In this document: piece by piece, positions 21,573 through 32,079 of the stretch
How the letters are laid out: each line of letters starts with the position of its first letter
Position numbering within the stretch: position 1 is the stretch's first letter
Origin: an uncultured delta proteobacterium
GTDB taxonomy: Bacteria; Myxococcota_A; Polyangia; Polyangiales; Polyangiaceae
Direction: 5' to 3'
NCBI GenBank assembly: GCA_963716725.1
Contig: CAVQUB010000008.1
Coordinates: forward strand, 128,001 to 192,000
Length of the DNA: 64,000 nt
Made by a program: the position numbers and the translations under genes
The notes under the pieces: generated by a model
What the model was told of the DNA's origin: nothing
Database searches by the model: none
Seen by the model: only the letters and a program-made list of their open reading frames with translations

Positions 21573-22514
21573 TCAGCTGGAGTGGCATCGCGCTTCGACC
21601 CACGCGACCACGTCCTCTTCGACGGGTCGGCCCACGAAGCGCGAGAGTTGCTGAATGCCCGTCGGGCTGGTGACGTTCACCTCGATCAGCTTCTCGCCGA
21701 TCAGGTCTAGCCCCACGAACCAGAGCCCGTGAGCGCGCAGGCGCACGCCGACGTCGCGCACGAGTCGGTCTTCGATCGGCGTGAGTTCGGTGGGGCGAGC
21801 GTCACCGCCGACGTGGATGTTCGCGCGGAAGTCGTCGGCCCGCGGGACGCGCAAGATCGCGCCCAGGGGCTCGCCGTCCAGGACGAGCACGCGTTTGTCA
21901 CCCGAGACGACGTCGGGGAGGAATTCCTGCACCAGCGCGAGGTCCCGTCCTTCGCGCGTCAACAGGTCGGCCAACGCCCGCGCGTTCCGATCGCCGGTGC
22001 TCAGCGTCACGACGCCGGCACCGCCGGCGCCATCGAGGGGCTTGAGCACCGCGTGATCGCCGACGGACCTGACGAATTCGAGGATGCGAAGCGGATCCGA
22101 CGTCACCAGCGAACGCGGCATGTATTCGCTAAAGTGAAATGCAAACAGCTTCTCGTTGGCGTCCCGCAGGCCACGCGGATCGTTGACCACCAAGGTCCTG
22201 TCTTTGATCAGGTCGAGCTGCTGCGTGAGGTGGGCGTAGGCGGGATCGAAGGGCGGGTCCTTGCGGATGAACACCGCGTCGAGATCCGCGAGGCCGACCA
22301 CGTCGGGACTGCCCAGCTCGACATGAGGCGCCTGATCGGAGACCCGAATCGGGCGCGCGAGCGCGCGAACATCGGCGCCGTAGTTCATCAGCTGAGAGGG
22401 CTCGGCGTGCAGGCAATGGTGCCCGCGAGCCTGGGCGGCGCGCATGAAGGCAAAGCTCGTGTCCTTGTCGGGCAGCATGCCCAGAGCGGGATCCATCACG
22501 AACAAGAAGCGCAC
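21573..22514 (-). CDS. gshB: Glutathione synthetase
   Basis: FVMDP..KDTS, RKDPPFD, RDANEKL, LKPLDG.GG, GDKR, FRANIHVGG, EVNVTSPTG; start set to GTG 22514. Confidence 0.96.
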   Translation of the reverse strand: MRFLFVMDPALGMLPDKDTSFAFMRAAQARGHHCLHAEPSQLMNYGADVRALARPIRVSDQAPHVELGSPDVVGLADLDAVFIRKDPPFDPAYAHLTQQLDLIKDRTLVVNDPRGLRDANEKLFAFHFSEYMPRSLVTSDPLRILEFVRSVGDHAVLKPLDGAGGAGVVTLSTGDRNARALADLLTREGRDLALVQEFLPDVVSGDKRVLVLDGEPLGAILRVPRADDFRANIHVGGDARPTELTPIEDRLVRDVGVRLRAHGLWFVGLDLIGEKLIEVNVTSPTGIQQLSRFVGRPVEEDVVAWVEARCHSS

Positions 22515-22569
22515 GTCGTTTCGTCCCTTTGCAGATTGGCGGGACGAGCGTATCAGACCAGGAGTGATC

Positions 22570-24228
22570 GTGCGTCGCAGGCTTTCGGCGGGCCCGCTCT
22601 CGATGGCAGTGCTCTCGTGGGTGGCGCTCGCGCTGCTCGCCCCCGGTGCGCCAGCCCAGGGCGCGGCGCGCGCGGCGGCAGCCACTGAGAACGAGCTCGC
22701 GACCCGGGAGGCGTTGGCGCAGATGCGGGCCGGGGGCAACGCGGTGGATGCCGCGATCACGGCAACCCTGGTGGCTGGAGTCGCGAGCCCGACCTCGAGT
22801 GGCATTGGAGGTGGCGGCTTTGCACTGGTGTGGATCGCCGCCGACCAGAAGGTGACGACGCTGGACTTCCGGGAAGTGGCTCCGGCGGGCGTCGATGAAA
22901 GGGCCCTCGAGCAGCGGCCGCTCGCGCCGGAGCACCGCGGCAAGCTCACGGGCGTGCCCGGCGAGGTCGCGGGACTCTTCGAGCTTCACCGACGCCACGG
23001 CAAGCGTTCGTGGAGAGAGGTGGTCGAACCCGCCGTGCGGGTGGCGCAGAGTGGCTTCGCCGTGAACGCACACCTCGCGAGCACCTTGTCGAACTCGGCG
23101 AAGACTCTCCGCGCCGACGGCGGAATCGGCGCGCTGTTCTACCCCGGCGGGAAGCCGGCGGCGGTGGGGCGGTTGATCAAGAATACGAAGCTCGCGGGCG
23201 CGCTGGCGAAGATCGCGGCGGAGGGCGCGCCGGGGTTCTATCAGGGCACGACGGCCACCGACGTGATCGCGGCCGCGCGCGCCCACGGAGGCGCGCTCAC
23301 GCAAGCGGACTTCGACGGCTACCGGATCGCCGAGCGCACGGCCATCAAGGTCAGCTGGGAAGGGCACGACGTCTACACCATGCCGCCGCCCTCGGCGGGA
23401 GGGCTGATGCTGGCGCAGACCTTGCGGCTGTTCTCCAAGGCCGAGCTGGCGAAACACCGTTGGAACAGCGGCGTCTATCAGCATGTGTTGGCCGAGAGCA
23501 TGCGCGGTTCCCTCGCCGATCGTGCTCGCTTCGTCGGCGATCCGAAGGTGCAGAGTGTCGACGTCGAGAAGCTGATCTCGAAAGAACGCATGGCAGCACG
23601 CAAGAAGACCATTGCGCTCGATCGCACCCACGCTGTCGGGCGCTTTGGCCTCGAGGAGCACGGCACCCACCACCTGGTGACCGCCGACTCGAAGGGGAAC
23701 GTAGTGACCTTGACCACGACCGTGAACCGCGCGTTTGGCACCAAGCTCACCGGAACCCACAGCGGCGTGGTCTTGAACGACGAGCTCGACGACTTCAGCA
23801 AGCAGTCCGACGTCGCCTCGCTCGGGCTGAAAGAGAGCCCGAACCGCCCGCGCCCCGGCGTTCGGCCTGTCTCGAGCATGACGCCGACGCTGGTGGTCAA
23901 GGATGGCGCGGTCGTGCTCGCCCTCGGTGGCTCGGGTGGCACGACCATCGCCACCAACGTCACCCAGCTCTTGCTCGGGCGCTTGGTCTTCGGAAAGTCG
24001 CCGGCGGAGCTGGTGAAGGCGCCGCGCTTCTACGTGCCCACCCAGGGCGCGAGCATCCTGCTCGAGCAGGGCGCGAGCCCCAGCCTGATTGAGGATCTGA
24101 AGTGGCGTGGCGAGGTGGTCGGCAGCATGAAGTTCACCTCGAGCGGCGTGCAGATGATCGCCATCGACAAGGGACGCAAGCTGCCTGCCTCGGATCCGCG
24201 CAAGCACGGCAGCGCCAAGGCCGAGTGA
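22570..24228 (+). CDS. ggt: Gamma-glutamyltransferase
   Basis: GGNAVDAA, SGIGGGGF, DFREVAP, GVPGEV, EHGTHH (catalytic Thr), LNDELDDFS, SSMTPT, GGSGG, SDPRK. Confidence 0.95.
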   Translation: MRRRLSAGPLSMAVLSWVALALLAPGAPAQGAARAAAATENELATREALAQMRAGGNAVDAAITATLVAGVASPTSSGIGGGGFALVWIAADQKVTTLDFREVAPAGVDERALEQRPLAPEHRGKLTGVPGEVAGLFELHRRHGKRSWREVVEPAVRVAQSGFAVNAHLASTLSNSAKTLRADGGIGALFYPGGKPAAVGRLIKNTKLAGALAKIAAEGAPGFYQGTTATDVIAAARAHGGALTQADFDGYRIAERTAIKVSWEGHDVYTMPPPSAGGLMLAQTLRLFSKAELAKHRWNSGVYQHVLAESMRGSLADRARFVGDPKVQSVDVEKLISKERMAARKKTIALDRTHAVGRFGLEEHGTHHLVTADSKGNVVTLTTTVNRAFGTKLTGTHSGVVLNDELDDFSKQSDVASLGLKESPNRPRPGVRPVSSMTPTLVVKDGAVVLALGGSGGTTIATNVTQLLLGRLVFGKSPAELVKAPRFYVPTQGASILLEQGASPSLIEDLKWRGEVVGSMKFTSSGVQMIAIDKGRKLPASDPRKHGSAKAE

Positions 24229-24252
24229 GGCCCGGGCGGCCGGCGCAGCGCT

Positions 24253-25104
24253 TCAGTGGATCGAGGCGACGAGCTCGGCGCTCTCGCGGTCGTCGAGATC
24301 AGTGGCCACCGCGTGACCGACGCCACGCCTCTCGACCGCCGCGATGCTGTAGCCACGCCGCGTGCCGACGTAGACCGGCGTGTTGCGCACGACACGAGGC
24401 TCGAGGGTCGCACGAAGGGGGAACTGCGCGGCGTTGTACACGTAGAGCGTGACGCGATGGCCGTCGTAGGAGTAGCGCAGCGACGCCGCACGCTGGTTGA
24501 GCTGCCGAACCGGCACGACGCTGGCTCCCTCCAAGCGCAGTCCGTACTGCTGAAGGCTCGGAATACGCACGGGCACACCGACCTCGGGTTCGAATTTCTT
24601 GATCAACGAAGGCTCGACCACGCCGGGTTCTCGCGACTGTGCGTGCTGCGTGACGAAGTCGTCGACCATCTGGTCGAGCGAGGCAGTGACGCCCGGAGCA
24701 CTGATGGCCATGTTGGCGGCGATGTGGCTATCTCCCGGCGCGCTCTTGCCCTGCTGCTCGAGCGCGCCCCAGACCAGGGTGGCGCCAGCCGCGGCGGCGA
24801 CCGGGACGATGAAGCGCCAGGCGAGCGGCCGTCCGCGCTCGCGCTCGCGCTCACGCTTGTTTTGTCGCTCGCGCTCGGCAGCGAGCGCCCGCACAACGCG
24901 CTCGCCGAACTCGTCCGACGGCGCGACCTCCGCGCGCACGGAGCGCTGCAAGCTCAGCTTGAGCGCGCGGCTGAGCTCGACGGACTCTCGGCAGCACTCG
25001 CAGTCTGCGAGGTGCGTCTCGACTTCCACGACCTTGTCGGTGGGCAGCTCACCGTCCGTGAAGGGCTCGAGCAGTGCGCCGGAGCGGCGACAAGGAGCGC
25101 TCAT
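24253..25104 (-). CDS. Zinc-binding anti-sigma factor (zf-HC2) with TM helix
   Basis: DGEL...HLADCECC (HxxxCxxC); ATGA overlap with sigma gene. Confidence 0.88.
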   Translation of the reverse strand: MSAPCRRSGALLEPFTDGELPTDKVVEVETHLADCECCRESVELSRALKLSLQRSVRAEVAPSDEFGERVVRALAAERERQNKRERERERGRPLAWRFIVPVAAAAGATLVWGALEQQGKSAPGDSHIAANMAISAPGVTASLDQMVDDFVTQHAQSREPGVVEPSLIKKFEPEVGVPVRIPSLQQYGLRLEGASVVPVRQLNQRAASLRYSYDGHRVTLYVYNAAQFPLRATLEPRVVRNTPVYVGTRRGYSIAAVERRGVGHAVATDLDDRESAELVASIH

Positions 25105-25748
25105 CGCGCCACCTTCTTGGCGCGATACTCGGCCAGGTTCGTGGGAGATCCCACGACCGGTTCCGGGCTCACGATGCCCATGTCGAGTGCGTGTTCGTAC
25201 AGGCGGCTCTTGAGCATGCGGCGACCACGATGCAAGCGCGACATGACGGTTCCAATGGGGCACCCCATGATATCGGCAATCTCGCGATACGACATCTCTT
25301 CCACGTCGGCTAGAACAACTGCGAGCCGGAACTCTTCCGGCAGCTCTTCGAGCGCCTGTCGGATCTCGGCTTCGAGCACGGGGCGCAGCGCCGCTGATTC
25401 CGGGTCGCGCATGGCGGACATGGTCGCCGCGCTCACCCATCCGTCCGCGAGGGGATCCGCATCCGGACCTTCGAAAACGGCCTTCTCGAGGCTGCCGCGC
25501 CGGTAGCGGTTGATGAAGGTGTTGGTCAGGATGCGCAGGAGCCAGGCGCGCATGTTGGTTCCCGTTTGGAACTGCTCACGGGCGCGCATCGCCTTGACCA
25601 GGGTGTCTTGCACCAGGTCCTCCGCTTCGGTCGGGTTGCGCGTCATGCGCGTCGCGACCGCCAACAGCGGGCCGAGGTGCTGAACCGCGTCACGCTCGAA
25701 CTCGGCGATCGGCGCGGGTTTCTTGGGAGCCGAAGAAAAGAGCTTCAC
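25101..25748 (-). CDS. ECF sigma-70 factor (SigH/SigR-like)
   Basis: [52 protein letters not shown]. Confidence 0.95.
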   Translation of the reverse strand: MKLFSSAPKKPAPIAEFERDAVQHLGPLLAVATRMTRNPTEAEDLVQDTLVKAMRAREQFQTGTNMRAWLLRILTNTFINRYRRGSLEKAVFEGPDADPLADGWVSAATMSAMRDPESAALRPVLEAEIRQALEELPEEFRLAVVLADVEEMSYREIADIMGCPIGTVMSRLHRGRRMLKSRLYEHALDMGIVSPEPVVGSPTNLAEYRAKKVAR

Positions 25749-25781
25749 GGGTTGTGCCTTTGAACCGGCACAACATGGGGT

Positions 25782-26372
25782 CTATTCCTTGCGCCCGCTC
25801 GCGCCGCCGACGCGTTTCTCGAGCTCGTCCAGCCGTTCGTTCAGGCGTTTGACCTCGTTCTGGAGATCCCTGAACACGGAAAAGTTGGGCAATACCGCCC
25901 GGATGCGCTCGTCGATGGTGTGCTGCCACTGCTCGAGGGTCGCGCGCAGTCCCTTGTTGTGATCTTTTTCGGTCACGTCTTCCTCTGGCTCTGGCTCTGG
26001 TTCTGGCCCTGGCGGGGACTCGCTCTGGGGGGCGCCGGGTTCTTTGGGGATCAGACGCCCGATGGGGCCTTCGCGGAGCGAGGAGAGCAGCTTCTCGCCG
26101 CGGTGGCGGATCAGCGCCTTCAAGGTGGCGAGGGGGATGCCTCGCGGCTTGGCCTTCAGCTCCTCCGAGATGATCAGCGCCAAGGTGACGTCGGTCTTGT
26201 CCTCTTTCGTCGCGTTGTCGATGATCTGGACGTCTTCGCCCGCGCGAACGAGGTCGGCGATCTGGAGCAGCGTGACGTACCGACTGTCCTTCGTGTCGTA
26301 GAGCTTCCGGTTGGAGTATCGCTTGATGACGCGCCGATCCGCCGAAACTCCGTCTTCCGTCTCTTCGGTCAT
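25782..26372 (-). CDS. PHA synthesis regulator (PhaR-type) DNA-binding domain protein
   Basis: VIKRYSNRKLYDT..SRYVTL...GEDVQIIDN.TKED.T...L. Confidence 0.9.
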   Translation of the reverse strand: MTEETEDGVSADRRVIKRYSNRKLYDTKDSRYVTLLQIADLVRAGEDVQIIDNATKEDKTDVTLALIISEELKAKPRGIPLATLKALIRHRGEKLLSSLREGPIGRLIPKEPGAPQSESPPGPEPEPEPEEDVTEKDHNKGLRATLEQWQHTIDERIRAVLPNFSVFRDLQNEVKRLNERLDELEKRVGGASGRKE

Positions 26373-26420
26373 CTGCTCCGAATAGAAGCAAAAATGCCGC
26401 AGAGCGTCAAGTCTTTGAAA

Positions 26421-26963
26421 TCAGAGGCTGGCGTGTTCGCGCGCGGAGTCGAGCTCGGCCTGGCAGAGCTCGCAGACGGTGTCCAGGAAGTCACGGAAGC
26501 TGGAGCGGCGCAGGCCGATCTCGTTGATCCACGCGATGACCTCCATTTCGCCACGCGAATCGACGTAAGCGGGGTTGAAGACGAAGAGGGTGGTCGCCGC
26601 CAGGTCGATTCCAAAGGGGATGAGGACTCGTGGCTTGGTGCGGCTCGGCGGACCGTAGTCCGGAACCGGGGTCTCGGCGGCTTCGAAGGTCGCCCGCGCG
26701 GCATCGACGTGGTTGCGCTCTCCAAGGCTCTGCGTGCCGAGCAGCGTCGCGCCGTCGTAGAAGCGTGGCCACCCGTCGTGCAGCATCAGGAACTCGCGGT
26801 AGCTCGGCGGCAGCGACCGCCCGAGTCGCTTCTCGGCGGCGATGATCTCGGCCGCGGACGCGCCGGCGTTCGGCTTCAGGCCGAAGTCGCGGTACGGCGT
26901 TATCCTCGAGATCTCGCGTTGAACTCGCTGAATGTCCCGGAGCAAGATGCGAAAGTCGGCCAT
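26421..26963 (-). CDS. SMI1/KNR4 (SUKH) family protein
   Basis: GASAAEIIAAEKRLGRSLPPSYREFL..HDGW...IPFG...GEMEV...SFRDFL; start set to ATG 26963. Confidence 0.88.
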   Translation of the reverse strand: MADFRILLRDIQRVQREISRITPYRDFGLKPNAGASAAEIIAAEKRLGRSLPPSYREFLMLHDGWPRFYDGATLLGTQSLGERNHVDAARATFEAAETPVPDYGPPSRTKPRVLIPFGIDLAATTLFVFNPAYVDSRGEMEVIAWINEIGLRRSSFRDFLDTVCELCQAELDSAREHASL

Positions 26964-27035
26964 GGTTCCCTCGAAGGCGCCGAAGCTACGCGGCAGGCCG
27001 CACGTGGGCCCAGAAACTGACCTAAGCTCGGCTGC

Positions 27036-27818
27036 GTGAGTATCGAGGCGCAGGAGGTCAGCGCTGGGTACGGGCGCGACCCTGTGCTGTCGCGGCTCTC
27101 GATAGCCGCGGCGCCCGGCGAGCTCGTTGCCGTGCTTGGGCCCAACGGCGCGGGCAAATCGACGCTGGTGCGGGTGCTCGCGGGCATGCTGAACCCCGAT
27201 CAGGGGCGGGTCTCGCTCTGCGGCCGCGAGATGCGGGACATGACCCGCGCCGACATCGCCAAGGAACTCGCGGTCGTGCCTCAGGAGAGCGACGTCGCCT
27301 TCGGGTTCACGGTTCGTGAGGTGGTGATGATGGGCCGCGCCCCGCATCAATCGGGACTCTTGCGCCCGAGCTCCCAAGACGCGGACGCAGTGCATAGCGC
27401 CCTCGCGCGCTGCGACCTGCACACGCTCGGGAGCCGCGCCGTCGCCGAGCTCTCGGGCGGCGAACGCCGTCGAGTCACCATCGCGCGCGCTCTTGCCCAA
27501 GAGGCGAAAGTGCTCTTGCTCGACGAGCCCGCCGCTCACCTCGACGCGCGCCACGCGGTCAGCGTCGGGGATTTGATCCGCGAAGAAGTGGATGGTCGAG
27601 CCGTCGCCTGCGTCGCCGTGATGCACGACTTGGCGGCGGCGGCCCGCTGGGCCGATCGCATCGTGTTGCTGGCCGCGGGCCAGGTCCGCGCCGACGGCCC
27701 TCCAGATCAGGTCCTCTCGGCCGAACTGCTCGAATCGGTGTTCCAGATCCCGATCCGCGTCGCGAACGACGCGCAGACGCAGCTGCCCTACGTCGTGACC
27801 GGGCGCTTATCGAAGTAG
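27036..27818 (+). CDS. ABC transporter ATP-binding protein (siderophore/heme/cobalamin type)
   Basis: GPNGAGKST, VVMMGRAPH, LSGGE, ARALAQE..LLLDEP, VMHDL. Confidence 0.93.
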   Translation: MSIEAQEVSAGYGRDPVLSRLSIAAAPGELVAVLGPNGAGKSTLVRVLAGMLNPDQGRVSLCGREMRDMTRADIAKELAVVPQESDVAFGFTVREVVMMGRAPHQSGLLRPSSQDADAVHSALARCDLHTLGSRAVAELSGGERRRVTIARALAQEAKVLLLDEPAAHLDARHAVSVGDLIREEVDGRAVACVAVMHDLAAAARWADRIVLLAAGQVRADGPPDQVLSAELLESVFQIPIRVANDAQTQLPYVVTGRLSK

Positions 27819-27860
27819 CGTTTTTCGCCTATCCCATTGGCCTCTGATAAGGCACGAGGC

Positions 27861-29738
27861 ATGCGCCGGGTCTTGCCCCTCGTGGTCGCTCCGACCGCGC
27901 TCGTATTCTGGGGATGCACCCTGGAGCCGGCCCCGGCCCTGGTCTCGGCCATGGATGTGTCCCCGCGGGATGCCGAGGTCGGCGACCGGATCGAGGTGAT
28001 CGGCTCCGGATTTCCCGAAGGCAAGCCCGCCACGGTGAGCTTCCGGGGTGATCTGCACCGCCCCGGGCAAGAGCCGCTGCGGCGAGTCGAGATCGTGGTG
28101 CCGGCAGTCAGTACCTCCGCCAACCGGGTCTCGCTCTTCCTCAGCGAGGCGTTGCAGCGCGAGCTGTGCGGGCGTGGGCAGAGCGCTGACCACACCACCT
28201 TTCGCGGTGACGTGACGGTGGCGTTCGCCGCACGCGCGGCCGGCGCGCCGCCGATCACCGGCATCGTGCCAAACGTGGTGATCGACGTGCACGGACCCGC
28301 GGTGCCCACCGAACTCTCGCAAGCGAGGGAAGCCGAGTCGAAGCGAGCACTCGACTTCATTGGCGTGCAGATCGACACGAAGGCGAATGTGCCGCCCTTC
28401 GCCGTCACGGCGGTGCTGCCCGGGAGCCGAGGTGAGCGCGCTGGCATCTTGCCCTCCGACGTGATCGTCGCGGTCGACGGCGTGAGCGTGCGCTCAGCGA
28501 GTGACTTCACCTTTGCGTCGGACACCAGTTCGACCTTCGTGCTGGCCCGCGGTCGGCTCAAGGAGCCCATCGAGCGTCCCGTGGACATTCAGGGGTTTCG
28601 CGAGCGAGCCCCCAAAGAACTCGCGGTAAGCGGCGTGTTGATCGGCTGCGTCGTGATGTTGTTTGCGCTGTGGCTCGCGCCCGTCGCGCGCATGCTGGGC
28701 TGGATCGAGCGCCGAGTAGCGGTGCGGCTGCGCGAGCGCGTGGCCGCCAAGAAGACCCTCGGGAGTCGGCCCGTTCGGCTGTGGACCGCGGTTCAAGCCT
28801 CCATCGCCGACGACATCGCTCCGCGGGGCGAGCCCTTCTTCGTCAGGCTCCTGCCCTACGTGCTCTTCCTCGCGACCAGCGCAGCCGCCACCACCATCGC
28901 CTTCGGCAGGCCGCTGGTGTCGGTGGATCTCGATCTCGTGCTGGTGACCGGGGCCAGCACCATCACGCTGGTGCTGGTGGCGCTCATGAACGCCGGTTGG
29001 CAGTCCAAAGGGCATTGGTCCATTCGCTCGGGCCTGAAGGGAGCCCTGGCGACGTTGGCGATGCAGCTGCCGATGGTGGCTTCCTTCGCCGCCGTCGTGC
29101 TCACGACGGGCAGCGTGCGGCTGGCCGAGATCGTGCGCGGACAGGGCACCACGCCCTGGAGCTGGAACGCATTCCGAAACCCCGCCCTGTTCTTCGCCTT
29201 CGGCCTGATCTTGTTCGCGTCCTTCCCAGAAGCGCGTCGCCCGCTGGCGCGGCTGCCCGAAGCCGATCTCGATGAACCGGGTTCTCGTGGCGGGCTGATG
29301 TTCTACGTCGAGTGGGGTCACCTCCTGGTCGTGAGCACTATCGTCACGATGCTCTTCCTGGGCGGGTGGAAGCTGCCGCTGGCGCCCGCCGCTCCGGGCA
29401 GCATCCTGCTACCCGCGCTCGGGGCGCTGCTTCTGCAGCTCAAGTGCTGGGGAGTGGTCGGGCTGGTGGTCGCCTTGCGTTGGGCGTTGCCGCGGGTGCA
29501 CACCGACCAGATGCTGGGCGTGCTCTTTCGCTACGTCGTGCCGGGCACCCTCCTGGTGCTGGCCGGTAGCGCCGGGTGGGCGTCGTGGCGCGAGACTCCA
29601 GCCTGGCGGGCGGTGGAGCCGGTGCTGGGATACGTCCTCTTCGGTCTGGTGGTGGGAGCGGCCCTGAAGTTCGTTCGCGCAGTTCAGGGCCACGTTCGCG
29701 CCACGGGTGCGCCCATGCACGTCAATCCGTGGCTGTGA
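27861..29738 (+). CDS. NuoH-like membrane protein fused to N-terminal IPT/TIG-like and PDZ-like domains
   Basis: Signal ending FWGC; VSPRDAEVGDRIEVIGSGF; AVLPGSRGERAGILPSDVIVAVDG; WIERRV, AGWQS..WS...L, LPEA, TMLFLGGW, RWALPRV..DQ. Confidence 0.85.
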   Translation: MRRVLPLVVAPTALVFWGCTLEPAPALVSAMDVSPRDAEVGDRIEVIGSGFPEGKPATVSFRGDLHRPGQEPLRRVEIVVPAVSTSANRVSLFLSEALQRELCGRGQSADHTTFRGDVTVAFAARAAGAPPITGIVPNVVIDVHGPAVPTELSQAREAESKRALDFIGVQIDTKANVPPFAVTAVLPGSRGERAGILPSDVIVAVDGVSVRSASDFTFASDTSSTFVLARGRLKEPIERPVDIQGFRERAPKELAVSGVLIGCVVMLFALWLAPVARMLGWIERRVAVRLRERVAAKKTLGSRPVRLWTAVQASIADDIAPRGEPFFVRLLPYVLFLATSAAATTIAFGRPLVSVDLDLVLVTGASTITLVLVALMNAGWQSKGHWSIRSGLKGALATLAMQLPMVASFAAVVLTTGSVRLAEIVRGQGTTPWSWNAFRNPALFFAFGLILFASFPEARRPLARLPEADLDEPGSRGGLMFYVEWGHLLVVSTIVTMLFLGGWKLPLAPAAPGSILLPALGALLLQLKCWGVVGLVVALRWALPRVHTDQMLGVLFRYVVPGTLLVLAGSAGWASWRETPAWRAVEPVLGYVLFGLVVGAALKFVRAVQGHVRATGAPMHVNPWL

Positions 29739-29796
29739 GTGTTTGGTAGCGCGGATGAAAATGCTCTAGCGTGCCCCGCGGCTGCGCGCCGCCCCA

Positions 29797-32079
29797 ATGC
29801 CCGAGTACTCCGGCTCGCTCCAATCGTTCGAGCTCGCGCTCGCCCTGTGGCTAGCGCCGCTCTTGCCTCTCGTCGCGGCGGTCTACGCCGGCGTCGGCGG
29901 TTTTGTGGGCGGAGGCGACGACCGCGGCTTGGCCAAGAGCTTCCAGCCCCGCGTCGTAACGCTGGTGGCCGCCATCGCCGCGCTGGGTCTGGTGGCGTTC
30001 CAGCTGGCCGTCTTGCTCGGGCTGCCCGCCGACCAACGTCAGCTCGTCTCCCACGCATGGGGCATGCAGCGCATCGGATCGTTCGACACGAGCTTCACCT
30101 TCTCCTGCGATGCGACCACCATCGGTCCTGCGGTCGTGATCAGCTTGGCGGCGATCGCGGGTCTGCTCCTGCTGCGCGACCCGCAGCGCGAGCGTGCAGA
30201 GTCCGCGGGCATCGGCCTCAGCCTCGCCGGTGGGCTCTTCGTATTGCTGGGAGATGATCTGATCCTGATCCTCGCGGGCTCGCTCTTGTGCGGCCTCGGT
30301 GCTCTCTTGCTCGCCGCAGGCGAATCAGCGCGCCGAGCCGCTCGCGGATTCGTCCTCGCACGCACGGGCGACGCAGCGCTCCTGTGCGCCATCATTGCGC
30401 TGACCTGGGGGCTCGCGGGGAGCTGGACCGGCGACGGGGACTACGTGCCCGACTTCCGCGCCAGGCTGGTGTCCGTGCAGGTGGGCGACGCGCCACCGCC
30501 GCCCGAGAAGGAGCGCGGCATGGCGGTTCGCGACGCCTACGGGTCGATCACCATGGGCGCGCTGCCGGGCGCCTCCGTCGTGCTCGGCGGCGCCGAGCTC
30601 TGTTCGAAAGATGCGGACGCCAAGCGCGGTGGCGTGGGGACCAGCGTTCGGCCCTGCCAGGAAGTCGCGCGGGCGCCCTTCGCGCGGCTGCCCATCCCCG
30701 TCGCGTTGCACGACATCGAGGTCAGGACCGGTCCGGGCACGCACGACCTCGAAGTCGAAAAGACCCGCGTGGGCGCCAACGTCGAGACGATGATCGTGGT
30801 GGCGGGCGCGACCACGGTGGTGCGTGAGATCCGCGACCAACTGGCGCTTCGTGACGGCAGCGGCACGCACCCCCTGCGAGTCATGCTCACGAAGCGCAAG
30901 ATCGCCGGGCAGCCGCTGCTCGGCTTCGTGGCTGCGCTGCTCGCGATCTTCGTGCTGCTCCGAGGGTTGAGCGCTGCCTTTGCGGTGAGTCAGCGCGCAT
31001 CTGCCGGGAGCAGCGCCTCCTCCCTCGCCGCGCTCGGGGGCGGGATCGAGCTCTGGATCGCCGCGGGGCTGCTGATGCGCCTCGACTTCTTGTTCTCGTT
31101 CGTGCCCGGCACCGCCAGCGCGATCGCCGCCGCGAGCGCCCTCGCCGCGCTGATCGCCGCCGCTCAGGCCGCGCATGGCTTCGACGCGCGACGCACCCTG
31201 GCGTTGGTGGTCGTGGCCAACGCGGCGCTGTCCACGGCTTCGTTCCTGCTCGGCGCACACGCCGCGGCCGTCGTCGGGCTGGTCACGACGGCGCTCGGGC
31301 TGCTCGGCATGGTGCTCTCCGTGGGCAGCGAATCGAGTGATCTGCGCCAACTGGTCGGCGGCGCCAAGGCGCGACAGCGCGCGATCTTCCTGTCGGCGCT
31401 CACCTTGACCGGCGCGCCCCTGCCGCTGGTGGGCGTGTTTTGGGCCCGCGACGGCCTGCTCGCCGCGGCGGCCTCCGCCGGGACCTGGCTGGGCTACCTC
31501 ACGCTGCTGCTCGCTGCCCTCGCGGGCGGTAGCCTCGCGTTCGCAACCTGGCGACTCCACTACCTGCTCACGACCGGGAAGTCGTCGGCCGAGTCTGCGG
31601 TCCACCCACGGCTCGAGTCCGCGGCGCTCGGCCTCGCCGCAGTGGGGCTCGCGGTCGGCGCCATCGCGCACGCGCACGCGGTGACTGGCGACTCAGTGCC
31701 GAGCTTGCTCGAAACGTGGCTCGCTTCCACCGCGGCCGTGGACTTCCATGGGGTCCCCTTGGAGCGAAGTGTGCGCCTGGCGATCACTGCGGTGGCCTTC
31801 GTTCCCGGCCTGATCGGGTTCGGAATGGCGCGCGCGAAGTACGGCGAAGCGCGGGCAAAGGACTGGGCCAAGCGCGAGGAGGAGCGACCCTTGTTCGACC
31901 GCCTGTCGGAGCCCCGAGATCGCTTCGATGCAGCCCTCACCCGTCCGGCTCTGGCCGTTGCCACGGTGGTGCAGCGCTTCGACGAGGCACTCGAGCTGTT
32001 GAGCGTTGGACCGAGCGAGTCCGACCGCGACCCCGCGCCCGTCTCGATGACCAAGAAGAAGCAAGGGGCGAAAGAGTGA
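29797..32079 (+). CDS. Degenerate NuoL/MrpA-like protein with a large soluble insertion
   Basis: LAPLLPL, A..GFVLARTGD, WGL.GSW then ~150 aa insert, DARRTLA, DLRQL.G, LTGAPLP..GVFWARD. Confidence 0.8.
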   Translation: MPEYSGSLQSFELALALWLAPLLPLVAAVYAGVGGFVGGGDDRGLAKSFQPRVVTLVAAIAALGLVAFQLAVLLGLPADQRQLVSHAWGMQRIGSFDTSFTFSCDATTIGPAVVISLAAIAGLLLLRDPQRERAESAGIGLSLAGGLFVLLGDDLILILAGSLLCGLGALLLAAGESARRAARGFVLARTGDAALLCAIIALTWGLAGSWTGDGDYVPDFRARLVSVQVGDAPPPPEKERGMAVRDAYGSITMGALPGASVVLGGAELCSKDADAKRGGVGTSVRPCQEVARAPFARLPIPVALHDIEVRTGPGTHDLEVEKTRVGANVETMIVVAGATTVVREIRDQLALRDGSGTHPLRVMLTKRKIAGQPLLGFVAALLAIFVLLRGLSAAFAVSQRASAGSSASSLAALGGGIELWIAAGLLMRLDFLFSFVPGTASAIAAASALAALIAAAQAAHGFDARRTLALVVVANAALSTASFLLGAHAAAVVGLVTTALGLLGMVLSVGSESSDLRQLVGGAKARQRAIFLSALTLTGAPLPLVGVFWARDGLLAAAASAGTWLGYLTLLLAALAGGSLAFATWRLHYLLTTGKSSAESAVHPRLESAALGLAAVGLAVGAIAHAHAVTGDSVPSLLETWLASTAAVDFHGVPLERSVRLAITAVAFVPGLIGFGMARAKYGEARAKDWAKREEERPLFDRLSEPRDRFDAALTRPALAVATVVQRFDEALELLSVGPSESDRDPAPVSMTKKKQGAKE

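Noticed and set aside
25985..26008. CTGGCT hexamer repeat
   Set aside because: In-frame, encodes a PEPEPE linker and cannot shift the frame
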